DNA from: an uncultured Anaerolineaceae bacterium
Lineage (GTDB): Bacteria; Chloroflexota; Limnocylindria; Limnocylindrales; CSP1-4
Direction: 5' to 3'
Assembly (NCBI GenBank): GCA_964650135.1
Contig: CAZYTQ010000005.1
Span: 6,887-55,168, forward strand
DNA: 48,282 nucleotides
The notes beneath the pieces are model-generated. The model had not been told where the DNA came from. It saw nothing but the letters and a program-made list of their open reading frames with translations, and searched no databases. Shown here one piece after another: positions 17,046 through 25,867 of this stretch. Every line of letters starts with the position of its first letter. Position 1 is the stretch's first letter. The position numbers and the translations under genes are program-made.

Positions 17046-18163
17046 GGCGTCGTCCCGGTGGGCAGGGCTCCCGTCCCCGGCGCGCCGGACAGCGGCGGCG
17101 CAGGATCGTCCACGGCCACCTCCAGGCCCGCCGCGCTCGCCTCGGCGACGGCCATGGCCGAGGGGAGGACCGGCAGCTCCCCGGGCGGTCGCAGTCGACC
17201 GTCCTCGCCGACCGCGTGGCAGGCCACCGCGTGGGACTCGCCGAAGGACCGGATGCGTGGCACGTCCGTGACGCACATGGCCATCGCGCGGTCGCAGCGG
17301 GGATGGAACCGACAGCCGCTGACCGGCGCTTCCGGGGCGGGTGGCTGACCCGGGATCCCGGCCGGCAGCCGTCGCTCGCCACGCACGTCGGGCACCGAGC
17401 GCAGCAGGCGCAGGCTGTAGGGGTGGAGTGGCTGCCCATGGATCCGGTCGACACGCCCCGTCTCGGCGAGACGCCCGGCGTACATCACGAGCGTCCGGTC
17501 ACACGTCTCGGCGACCACCGACAGGTCGTGGGTGATGAGGATGAGCGCGAGCCCCAGCTCCCGGCGGAGCCGCTCCAGCAGCTCCAGGATCTGCGCCTGG
17601 ACCATGACATCGAGGGCGGTCGTGGGCTCGTCCCCGATGACCAGGCGTGGGCGACAGGCGAGGGCCATCGCGATCATGACCCGCTGGCGCATGCCGCCGC
17701 TGAACTGGTGGGGGTACTCGCGATGTCGCTCGGGGCTGATGCCCACCAGCTCGAACAGCTCGCGCACGCGGCGTCGCGCCGCGTCGGGTGTGGTGGCGGG
17801 TTCGTGGATGAGGATGGGCTCGGCCACCTGGTCGCCCACGCGCCGGACCGGGTTGAGCGCGTTCATGGCACCCTGGAAGATGATGCTGATGTCCGACCAG
17901 CGCCGATGCCGGAAGGCGGCATCGTCGAGCGCGGTCAGGTCCTGGCCGTCGAACCGGATGGTGCCCCGGGCGATGCGTCCGTTGCCCGGCAGCAGCCGCG
18001 CGAGGGCGAGCGCGGTCGTGGTCTTGCCGCAGCCCGACTCGCCCACCAGCCCCAGCGCCTCGCCCGCGTCCAGGTCGAAGTCGATGCCGTCCACGGCACG
18101 CCCCACGCGGCCATCCCCGAGCCGGAACTCGACGACGAGGTCGCGGATCTCCAGCAGGGCCAT
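17042..18163 (-). CDS. Peptide ABC transporter ATP-binding protein (DppD/OppD type)
   Basis: 373-aa ORF. GESGCGKTT, FSGGMRQRVMIA, LVIGDEPTTALD, HPYS..CRFHPRC. Confidence 0.9.
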   Translation of the reverse strand: MALLEIRDLVVEFRLGDGRVGRAVDGIDFDLDAGEALGLVGESGCGKTTTALALARLLPGNGRIARGTIRFDGQDLTALDDAAFRHRRWSDISIIFQGAMNALNPVRRVGDQVAEPILIHEPATTPDAARRRVRELFELVGISPERHREYPHQFSGGMRQRVMIAMALACRPRLVIGDEPTTALDVMVQAQILELLERLRRELGLALILITHDLSVVAETCDRTLVMYAGRLAETGRVDRIHGQPLHPYSLRLLRSVPDVRGERRLPAGIPGQPPAPEAPVSGCRFHPRCDRAMAMCVTDVPRIRSFGESHAVACHAVGEDGRLRPPGELPVLPSAMAVAEASAAGLEVAVDDPAPPLSGAPGTGALPTGTTP

Positions 18164-19167
18164 CAGCCGCCTCGCCGCTGGAAGCTGTCCGACGGCGGCA
18201 CCGCGGCCGATTCGATGCCCAGCAGCGGGCCACCGGGCGCGGTGAGGTCATCGGCCGGGTCGCTGCCGGACGCTCCACCACGTCCCCGTCGAAGCCTCGG
18301 GTCCATGATCTCGTCGAACGCGGCGCCGATGAGCGTGAAGGCGAGGACCACCAGCACCACCGCGACACCGGGCGGCACGAACCAGCCCCACATGCCCAGG
18401 GTCAGGGCGCCCGCCTCGAACGACTCCTCGAGGATCCGACCCCAGGAGTACGTGTCACGGGGCCCGACGCCCAGGAACGAGAGCGTGGTCTCGAGGAAGA
18501 TCGCCGATGCGATGGTGAGCGTGGTGTTGGCGAGGATGAGCCCGAACACGTTGGGCAGCACCTGGTTGCGCATGATGCGCAGGCTGCTGGCACCCGTGGC
18601 GCGCGCCCGGTCGACGAACATGCGCTCCCGCACGGTGAGGGTCTGCGACCGGATGACCCGCGCCGTGGCCGGCCAGGACGTGATGGCGATGACCAGGATG
18701 ACATTGGTCAGGTCGGGCCCCAGGATCGCAGCGAGCACGAGCGCGAGGACCAGGGTCGGCAGCACGTAGAAGAAGTCCGTGATGCGCATCAGCCACGCGT
18801 CCCACCGGCCACCCAGGTAGCCGGCCGCGATGCCGATGCCGGCCCCGATGACCATGGACAGGACGCTCGCCACGACGCCCACGAGCAGGCTGACGCGGGT
18901 GGCCCAGACATTCGTGATGAACAGGTCACGGCCGGACCGGTCGGTGCCGAAGAGGTGCTCCAGGGACGGCGGCAGGAGGGGCCGGTTCGCCGCGGTGCGG
19001 TCGATGGGCCCGACCAGGAACGGTCCCGCGACGGCGATGCCCACGAAGACCATGAGGATGGCCACACCCAGCATGCTCTGGCGGTCACGCCGGATGACAT
19101 CCCACGCGGACAGCCACGCATCACGACGACGCACGCCGGCAGGGGCCGTGGCGACACCCGCGGTCAT
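18163..19167 (-). CDS. Peptide ABC transporter permease (DppC/OppC type)
   Basis: Start taken at ATG 19167, which overlaps the dppB-type stop (ATGA). The BPD-transporter EAA-like loop ARATGASSLRIMRNQVLPN is present. Its stop shares 1 nt with the next ATG (TGATG at 18161-18165). Confidence 0.85.
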   Translation of the reverse strand: MTAGVATAPAGVRRRDAWLSAWDVIRRDRQSMLGVAILMVFVGIAVAGPFLVGPIDRTAANRPLLPPSLEHLFGTDRSGRDLFITNVWATRVSLLVGVVASVLSMVIGAGIGIAAGYLGGRWDAWLMRITDFFYVLPTLVLALVLAAILGPDLTNVILVIAITSWPATARVIRSQTLTVRERMFVDRARATGASSLRIMRNQVLPNVFGLILANTTLTIASAIFLETTLSFLGVGPRDTYSWGRILEESFEAGALTLGMWGWFVPPGVAVVLVVLAFTLIGAAFDEIMDPRLRRGRGGASGSDPADDLTAPGGPLLGIESAAVPPSDSFQRRGG

Positions 19168-20207
19168 GTGCGCACCCGGGGGTCGAGGATCCCATACAGC
19201 ACGTCGGCGACGAGGTTCGCGACCACGACGCACAGCGCGATGACCAGGAACAACCCCTGCAGGACCGGGAAGTCCTTGGCCTTGATGGCCTCCACGATGA
19301 GGCTGCCCATGCCCGGCCAGGCGAACACCTCCTCGACGCCGATGGCGCCGCCCAGCACGTACCCGAAGGTGAGCGCCACGACCGTGACCGTGGGCAGCAG
19401 CGCGTTGGGGATGGCGTGCCGCCGGACCACCTGGGACTCCGTGAGGCCCTTGGCACGGGCGGTCGTCACGTAGTCGTCCTTGAGCGTCTCGACCATGGAG
19501 CTGCGCATGATGAGCGCGTTGCCCGCGACGAGGCCCAGCGCGAGGGTGGTCGCCGGCAGGACCAGGTGACGCAGCACATCGCCCCAGTAGGCGATCGCAT
19601 CGGTGTGGCGGACGCCGGGTGTCACCATCTGCTGGCCCGGGAAGATGGCGATCCCGTTGGGGGTGGCGAAGAAGTAGAACAGGAGCATCCCCAGCCAGAA
19701 CAGGGGCACGGCGTACAGCACCAGGGAGCCGTTGATGCTGAAGGAGTCGAAGCGGCTGCCCCGCTTCCAGCCGGCGCGGATGCCGATGAGGATGCCCACG
19801 ATCAGCGCGATCACCTCTGCCGTGCCGACCAGCAGCACGGTGGGCCAGAAGTGGTCGGCGATGACCTCGATGACGGCCTTGCGCTCACTGAACGACATGC
19901 CCAGGTCCAGGACCAGCAGGTTGCCCATGCTCGTCAGGAGCTGGTTGTCCAGCAGGCTCTCCGGGAGGGTGTCCAGGTCCACCTGGATGCTGCCGGTGGG
20001 TGTCCGGATGACCCCCGGGAAGATGGGCTGGTCGAGACCCAGGCGCAGCCGCAGGGCATTCTTCTGCGCCTGGCTCACGTTGCGGGGCAGCAGGCTGTTG
20101 ACCGGGTCGCCGGGCAGCAGCCGGAACAGGAAGAAGTTGAGGACCGCGATCGCGAACAGGGTCAGGAGCGCGCCACCCAGCTTGCGGGCCAGGAACGAGC
20201 CACCCAT
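19164..20207 (-). CDS. Peptide ABC transporter permease (DppB/OppB type)
   Basis: 347-aa ORF. The N-terminus FLARKLGGALLTLFAIAVLNFFLFRLLPGDP and the loop TARAKGLTESQVVRRHAIPNALLP are canonical. Confidence 0.9.
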   Translation of the reverse strand: MGGSFLARKLGGALLTLFAIAVLNFFLFRLLPGDPVNSLLPRNVSQAQKNALRLRLGLDQPIFPGVIRTPTGSIQVDLDTLPESLLDNQLLTSMGNLLVLDLGMSFSERKAVIEVIADHFWPTVLLVGTAEVIALIVGILIGIRAGWKRGSRFDSFSINGSLVLYAVPLFWLGMLLFYFFATPNGIAIFPGQQMVTPGVRHTDAIAYWGDVLRHLVLPATTLALGLVAGNALIMRSSMVETLKDDYVTTARAKGLTESQVVRRHAIPNALLPTVTVVALTFGYVLGGAIGVEEVFAWPGMGSLIVEAIKAKDFPVLQGLFLVIALCVVVANLVADVLYGILDPRVRT

Positions 20208-20266
20208 CCGGGATGCGTCGGGCCGTCAGGTCGGCGTGATGGGGCGACGCGCCTGCGTGGCAGGTA

Positions 20267-22213
20267 TCAGGGCGCCGGATCCGTCCGTACCGGGGTCCCG
20301 AGCGGCCGGATGGTGGTCCGGCTCCCGAAGGGGCCCGTCGCTGCGGCGCTCCACCAGGTGCCACTCTCGGTGGGCACGGCCTGCATGCCCTCCCAGCGGT
20401 CCGAGCGGTACGCCTCGAGGTTGTTGACGTACCACAGGACGGCGTACGGCGAGTCGTGGTACAGCTTGTCCTGGAGGGCCCGGATGGTCGCGGCACGCTC
20501 GACCGGATCCACCTGGGTGCGCTGCGAGCGGTACAGCTCGTCGTAGGCCGGGTCGCAGTAGTTGGCGTCGCCCCAGTTGTTGATCTGGTCGCACGTGAAC
20601 ACGCCCAGGATGAAGTCCGGATCGGGGTCCGGGCCCCAGCCCCACATGAAGAGGTCCGAATCCGCGTTGGACTGGTAGGGGTAGACGAGCCGCGTCAGCT
20701 CGTCCGTGCTCACGGGCAGGACCTCCACCGCCACGCCCGCATCGGTCAGCCAGTCGGCGATGAGCGGCGCAGCGAGCTTGTCCTCCGTGTCCGAGTCACG
20801 GATGTGGAGCCGCAGGGACCAGTCGGCGCCGGCACCCTCCGGGTCGAACGCGACCGAGGCATCGTCCGAGGGGACGTCGAGGATCCCGTTGCCATCCGTG
20901 TCGCTGAAGCCGATGGCGGACATCGCCTCCCGGAAGCGACCCTCCGCCGTCGCGCGAGCCGTGGCGCGTCCCGCCTCGTCCGAGTACGCGGGGAACGTCA
21001 CCGGATCGTCCGGTGGCGGGGTGTAGCTGAACGCCGGGTTCCGGGGCGAGACCACGGACAGGCCGGGTTCCGCGTAGCCCGACTGGGCGAACTCGATGAG
21101 CTGCTGCTTGTCCAGCAGGCCGGCGATGGCCGCGCGCACGTCCGCGCGGGTCAGCCACGGGTCACCCATCGAGCCGGTCGTGGGGCCCTTCGGGCAGTCC
21201 ACGCAGCCCTCGTCCACGAACCGCTCGGGTGTCGGCGCCCAGCTGTTGAAGCCCAGCTCGCCGAAGTCGGTGCTGCTGGCCGTGTTGACGGTCACGCCCG
21301 GCGTCGCGAGCAGGGTCGGGGCGAGGGTCGGGGGGAACAGGTTGAGATAGTCCACGTCGCCCGTGATGAGCGCCTGGACCTGCGCCTCGTCGTTGTCGAA
21401 GAACTGGTACACGAGCTGGTCGATGTAGGGCGCACCACCCCAGTAGTCGTCCCGCGCTTCCAGGACGACCGCCTGGCGCGGCTGGAACTCCACCATCCGG
21501 AACGGTCCGGTGCCCACGGACTGCTCGATGGACAGCGGGCTGACGGAGGCTTCCTCGAAGGTGATCGACTCCCAGACGTGCTTGGGCAGGATGGGGATGA
21601 AGATCTGGGCGAGGGTGGCCACCGGCTCGGAGGTGGTGATGACGAGCGTGAGATCGTCGGGCGCCTCGATGCTCGTGATCCGGCTGCTCTCCAGGCCGCC
21701 GTCGAGATCCAGGTAGGAATCGAACAGGGACAGTGGATAGTCAGCCGAGCCGTCGGGCGAGGCGTTGCCGTCGCCATCCAGGACGTCATTGCCATCGGGT
21801 GCCTGCGGGCCCACGTATGCGGGGTCGTGGCTGTCCCGGATGTACTGGAACTGGAAGCGGACGTCCTCCGCGGTGAAGGGCGTGCCGTCCGACCAGGTCA
21901 CGCCGGGCCGCAGGTGCCAGGTCCATGTCAGGCCGTCGTCACTGACCTCCCAGCTCTCGGCGAGCCCCGGGGCGGGCTCCAGGTCCGCTCCGAAGCCGAC
22001 GAGCAGGTCGTACTGGTCGGCGAACAGCAGGTAGTCCTCGGCCAGCAGGGCGAGGTAGGGGTTGAGGGCGGTCTGGCTGGGCGCCTCTGTGATGCCCACC
22101 CGGAACGTCACGGGGTCCTGGGCGCCGGCGGTCCCGGCCAGCCCACCGACTGCGAGGACGACCCCCGCGAGCCCTACGGTCACCCTCGATCGAGCCCTGA
22201 TCGTCCTGCCCAT
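20267..22213 (-). CDS. ABC transporter substrate-binding protein, family 5 (peptide/nickel, DppA/OppA type)
   Basis: Start at ATG 22213 (GTG 22216 is possible) with GGAGGAGG upstream. It has a signal peptide VTVGLAGVVLAVGGLAGTAGAQD. The SBP_bac_5-like body is 648 aa. The upstream 96 codons of the ORF are Arg-rich and rejected. Confidence 0.88.
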   Translation of the reverse strand: MGRTIRARSRVTVGLAGVVLAVGGLAGTAGAQDPVTFRVGITEAPSQTALNPYLALLAEDYLLFADQYDLLVGFGADLEPAPGLAESWEVSDDGLTWTWHLRPGVTWSDGTPFTAEDVRFQFQYIRDSHDPAYVGPQAPDGNDVLDGDGNASPDGSADYPLSLFDSYLDLDGGLESSRITSIEAPDDLTLVITTSEPVATLAQIFIPILPKHVWESITFEEASVSPLSIEQSVGTGPFRMVEFQPRQAVVLEARDDYWGGAPYIDQLVYQFFDNDEAQVQALITGDVDYLNLFPPTLAPTLLATPGVTVNTASSTDFGELGFNSWAPTPERFVDEGCVDCPKGPTTGSMGDPWLTRADVRAAIAGLLDKQQLIEFAQSGYAEPGLSVVSPRNPAFSYTPPPDDPVTFPAYSDEAGRATARATAEGRFREAMSAIGFSDTDGNGILDVPSDDASVAFDPEGAGADWSLRLHIRDSDTEDKLAAPLIADWLTDAGVAVEVLPVSTDELTRLVYPYQSNADSDLFMWGWGPDPDPDFILGVFTCDQINNWGDANYCDPAYDELYRSQRTQVDPVERAATIRALQDKLYHDSPYAVLWYVNNLEAYRSDRWEGMQAVPTESGTWWSAAATGPFGSRTTIRPLGTPVRTDPAP

Positions 22214-22329
22214 CACGCCTCCTCCTGCGCGAGCGCGCGTCCGCGACGTCCGCGATGGCCGAGTATCCCACAGGGGGGTGGTCCGGTCGGCATGATGTGC
22301 GCGCACCGGCGGCCCGTAGACTTCGGCGT

Positions 22330-23997
22330 ATGCGCGACGCGGACCATGCCGATGTCCTGTTCCTCGGCGGGCATGTATGGACGGGCACCGACCAACACGC
22401 CCCGGTCGACAGCGTGGCGGTGCGTGACGGACGCATCGGCGCCATCGGCACCGTCGCCGAGCTGGCCTGGCGTGCCGGTCCCGGCACGCGCATGGTGCCA
22501 CTCCAGGGGCGACTGCTGGTGCCTGCGTTCCAGGACGCGCATGCCCATCCGCTGCTGGCCGGTCTCGGCCTGTCGCGGTGCTGGCTCTCGGATGCGCCGG
22601 CGGATGCCGGGGCGTATGCGCACCTCATCGCAGGCTACGCGACGGCGCATCCCGACCGGGGGTGGATCCTCGGGGAGGGCTGGTCGATGAGCGCGTTCGC
22701 GGGTGGCCTGGCCACGGCCACGTCGCTGGACACGATGGTGGCCGACCGGCCCGCATTGCTCGAGAGTCGGGATGGTCACTCGGCGTGGGTCAACAGCTGC
22801 GCGCTCCGGCTGGCGGGCATCACCCGGGAGACACCCGATCCGGTCGGCGGCCGCATCGAGCGGGATGCGGACGGGGAGCCGGTGGGCACCCTCCAGGAAG
22901 CCGCCATCGACCTCGTGGCGCGGCACGTCCCGCCGGCCACGGCCGCGGAGCACGAGGCGGCGCTCCTGCGGGGCCAGGCCGAGCTGCAGCGGATGGGCAT
23001 CGGGACGTGGCAGGACGCGCACGTGGATGCCGCCCGCCAGGCGGCGTACATGTCGGTCGCGGCGCGCGGCGGGCTCACGGGCCGGGCGGCGGTGGCTCTG
23101 CTGTGGGATGTGGACCGGGGCCTCGAGCAGGTGCCGGACCTGGTGGCTCGCCGGACGGCCGTGGACGAGGTGGATCCGGCCCGCCTCCGGGCACCCACGG
23201 TCAAGCTGTTCCAGGACGGGGTCATGGAGAGCGCCACGGCCGCGCTGCTCGATCCCTACCTGGGATCGGCGGCCGCGAGCGCGGGGCCGGATCGGCGGGG
23301 GATGAGCATCCACCAGCCGGACGCGCTGCGAGCCATGTGTCGCGTGCTCGATGCCGAGGGATTCGCGGTGCACGCCCACGCCATCGGGGACCGGGCGGTG
23401 CGGGAGGTGCTCGATGCCCTGACCGCGGCGCGCCGCGCCAACGGACCGCGTGACGCCCGCCACCAGGTGGCGCATCTCCAGCTGGTGGACCCCGAGGACC
23501 TGCCGCGCTTCCGGGCACTCGGCGTCATCGCGAACTGTCAGCCGTACTGGGCGTTCGAGGATGGCTATCTGCGTGACCTGACGCGTCCGGCGCTGGGTGA
23601 TGCGCGGGTCGACCGGATGTACCCCTTCGGCAGTCTCGCCCGGATGGGGGCCACGATCGCCTTCGGCTCCGACTGGAGCGTCACGACGCCCGATCCCATC
23701 CAGCTCCTCGCGGTCGCCACGCGCCGGACGGACCCCGAGGGACAGGCCGGCGTCCCCTTCGGTCCACCCGCGGAGCGTCTCTCGATGGAGGTGGCGCTGC
23801 GTGCGTACACCCGCGGGTCGGCGCTCGCCAACGGCTTCGACGATGTGACGGGTACCATCGAGACAGGGCGTGCGGCGGACCTCGTGCTCCTGGACACGGA
23901 CCCCCTCACGAGCCCGGCATCGCTGCTCCACACGAGGGTGCTCATGACCATGGTGGATGGCCGCGCCGTCTGGCAGGCACCGGAGCTCGACGCATGA
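22330..23997 (+). CDS. Metal-dependent amidohydrolase (Amidohydro_3/YtcJ-like)
   Basis: Start ATG 22330 is preceded by TAGACT-N7. FQDAHAHP, VKLFQDG, HAHAIGDRAV and SDWSVT are metal-ligand blocks of the amidohydrolase superfamily. Confidence 0.8.
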   Translation: MRDADHADVLFLGGHVWTGTDQHAPVDSVAVRDGRIGAIGTVAELAWRAGPGTRMVPLQGRLLVPAFQDAHAHPLLAGLGLSRCWLSDAPADAGAYAHLIAGYATAHPDRGWILGEGWSMSAFAGGLATATSLDTMVADRPALLESRDGHSAWVNSCALRLAGITRETPDPVGGRIERDADGEPVGTLQEAAIDLVARHVPPATAAEHEAALLRGQAELQRMGIGTWQDAHVDAARQAAYMSVAARGGLTGRAAVALLWDVDRGLEQVPDLVARRTAVDEVDPARLRAPTVKLFQDGVMESATAALLDPYLGSAAASAGPDRRGMSIHQPDALRAMCRVLDAEGFAVHAHAIGDRAVREVLDALTAARRANGPRDARHQVAHLQLVDPEDLPRFRALGVIANCQPYWAFEDGYLRDLTRPALGDARVDRMYPFGSLARMGATIAFGSDWSVTTPDPIQLLAVATRRTDPEGQAGVPFGPPAERLSMEVALRAYTRGSALANGFDDVTGTIETGRAADLVLLDTDPLTSPASLLHTRVLMTMVDGRAVWQAPELDA

Positions 23998-25844
23998 CCC
24001 TGGCGGTGGCACGCGGTATCGGCATCTGCCGACTCCTGCACCTGGGTCTGCTCGTGGCGCTGGTCGCGTCGCTGGGCGCGTGGAGCCCCGCTGCGGCGGC
24101 CGATGACTGGCCGGGGCGTTACGGGTCACTCGGTTCCCGGCTCCAGGGTGTCGTGGACCGGACGCTCGTGTCCGGTGTCGGTATCCCGGGCATCTCGGCG
24201 GCCATCCAGACGCCCGACGGCACCTGGACGGGTGTCGCCGGTGACGCCAGCGTGTCGCCTGCAAGGCCGGTCGCGGCCGATACCCCATTCGCGGTGGCCA
24301 GCGTCACCAAGACGTTCGTGGCCGCGGTCGTGATGCAGCTGGTCGAGGAGGGGAGGTTGTCGCTCGATGATCGCCTGTCGCGCTGGGTGTCGGGTATCCC
24401 GAACGGCTCACGCATCACCGTGCGGCAGATGCTCCAGCACACGAGCGGCATCCGGGACATCTTCGACAGCCCTCGCTACGTGCGCCTGGTGGAAGGGCGC
24501 CAGGGCCACGTGTGGACCTTCAGCGAGATCAAGGCCCTGATCGGTGCGCCGCTGTTCGCGCCCGGTGCGGGGTGGCGCTACTCCAACTCCAACTACATCC
24601 TGCTCGGCCGCATCGTCGAGCGGGTCACGGGGATGGGAATCGCCCGTGCCATCCGGACGCGGATCCTGGGGCCGCTCGGCCTGCGCGACACGTGGTTCCA
24701 GGGCGCCGAGTCGCAGGACCAGCAGGTGGCCATGGGCTACCACCGGGTGAACGGCCGATGGAAGGCCTACGGCGACGGCACCGGTCTGCGGCCATACACC
24801 TCGATGGCCACGTTCGTGTGGGCGGCGGGCGCGATGGTCTCGACACCGGCGGACCTGGCCCGCTGGGCGCGGGCGCTCTACGGCGGGACCGTGCGCACCG
24901 CGAAGGGCGGGCGCATCCTGAGCGCCGCGTCCGTGCGGCTCATGACCACGTTCAACGACAGGAAGTACGGCCTGGGTACACGGAAGACCACCCTCGGCGA
25001 CCGCGTGGCGTGGGGCCACGGCGGATCGCTGGATGGTTTCGAGACCTCCATGTGGTACCTGCCCCGGATCGATGCCTCCGTCGTGGTCACCTGGAACCGC
25101 TACCTCCACGAGAGCGACGACCTGGCGCGCAAGCTGGCGGAGCGGCTGGTGGACACCATCGACCCGGACACCCAGCCGCCCGTCGTGGCGGCGCCGACCG
25201 TCGCCATCCGGAGCGGTCTCGCCACCCAGCAGGGTCGGCTGCCCGTGCGCGTGGCGTGGCCCAGGGCGGTCGACGTCGGGACCGTCACGCGCTACGAGCT
25301 GGAACGGCGCACCGGGGCCGGGGCCTGGCAGCGGGTGACGCTCGCGTCGCCACGAGCGACCTCGGTGGCCATGTGGCTCACGACCGACCGGACGGTCCGC
25401 TTCCGCCTCCGCGCGGCAGATGACGAAGGCAACATCAGCGACTGGGTGCCGACCGAGCCGCTGCGGGCCTCGTTCGTCGACGAGGACGCGGTCACGTCGG
25501 TGACGGGGAGCGGCTGGCAACGGATCCGAGCGGATGGCGCCCTGGGCGGCTGGGTCCTCCGGGGCCGGCACACCAGCGGTCGTCTGCGGCTGGACGTGGC
25601 CGGCGCACGGTCCATCGCGGTTGTGGTGATGCGCGGTGGCGCACGGACGCCGGTCGGCGTCCGGTGGGACACCGACGCTGGCGTGGCACGCGCCACGGCC
25701 GGCTCGAGACGCCCGCGCTGGGTGCTCATCGCCCGTCGCTGGGCCGCGGGTGATGCGCACAGCGTGCGCCTCGCCGTCCGGGCGGCTGGCACGCCACGGG
25801 TGGACATCGATGGCTTCCTGATCCTGTCCTCCGTCCCCGGGTAG
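23994..25844 (+). CDS. Serine hydrolase (class C beta-lactamase / DD-peptidase fold) with a roughly 230-aa C-terminal extension
   Basis: The ATG overlaps the amidohydrolase stop (ATGA). It has a signal peptide, the catalytic SxxK motif FAVASVTKTF, YSNSNY and HGG. The C-terminal beta-rich region after about residue 385 looks FN3-like (TRYELERRTGAGAWQRV..). Confidence 0.85.
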   Translation: MTLAVARGIGICRLLHLGLLVALVASLGAWSPAAAADDWPGRYGSLGSRLQGVVDRTLVSGVGIPGISAAIQTPDGTWTGVAGDASVSPARPVAADTPFAVASVTKTFVAAVVMQLVEEGRLSLDDRLSRWVSGIPNGSRITVRQMLQHTSGIRDIFDSPRYVRLVEGRQGHVWTFSEIKALIGAPLFAPGAGWRYSNSNYILLGRIVERVTGMGIARAIRTRILGPLGLRDTWFQGAESQDQQVAMGYHRVNGRWKAYGDGTGLRPYTSMATFVWAAGAMVSTPADLARWARALYGGTVRTAKGGRILSAASVRLMTTFNDRKYGLGTRKTTLGDRVAWGHGGSLDGFETSMWYLPRIDASVVVTWNRYLHESDDLARKLAERLVDTIDPDTQPPVVAAPTVAIRSGLATQQGRLPVRVAWPRAVDVGTVTRYELERRTGAGAWQRVTLASPRATSVAMWLTTDRTVRFRLRAADDEGNISDWVPTEPLRASFVDEDAVTSVTGSGWQRIRADGALGGWVLRGRHTSGRLRLDVAGARSIAVVVMRGGARTPVGVRWDTDAGVARATAGSRRPRWVLIARRWAAGDAHSVRLAVRAAGTPRVDIDGFLILSSVPG

Positions 25845-25867
25845 CTGAGAGACGACCCGGGGACGCG

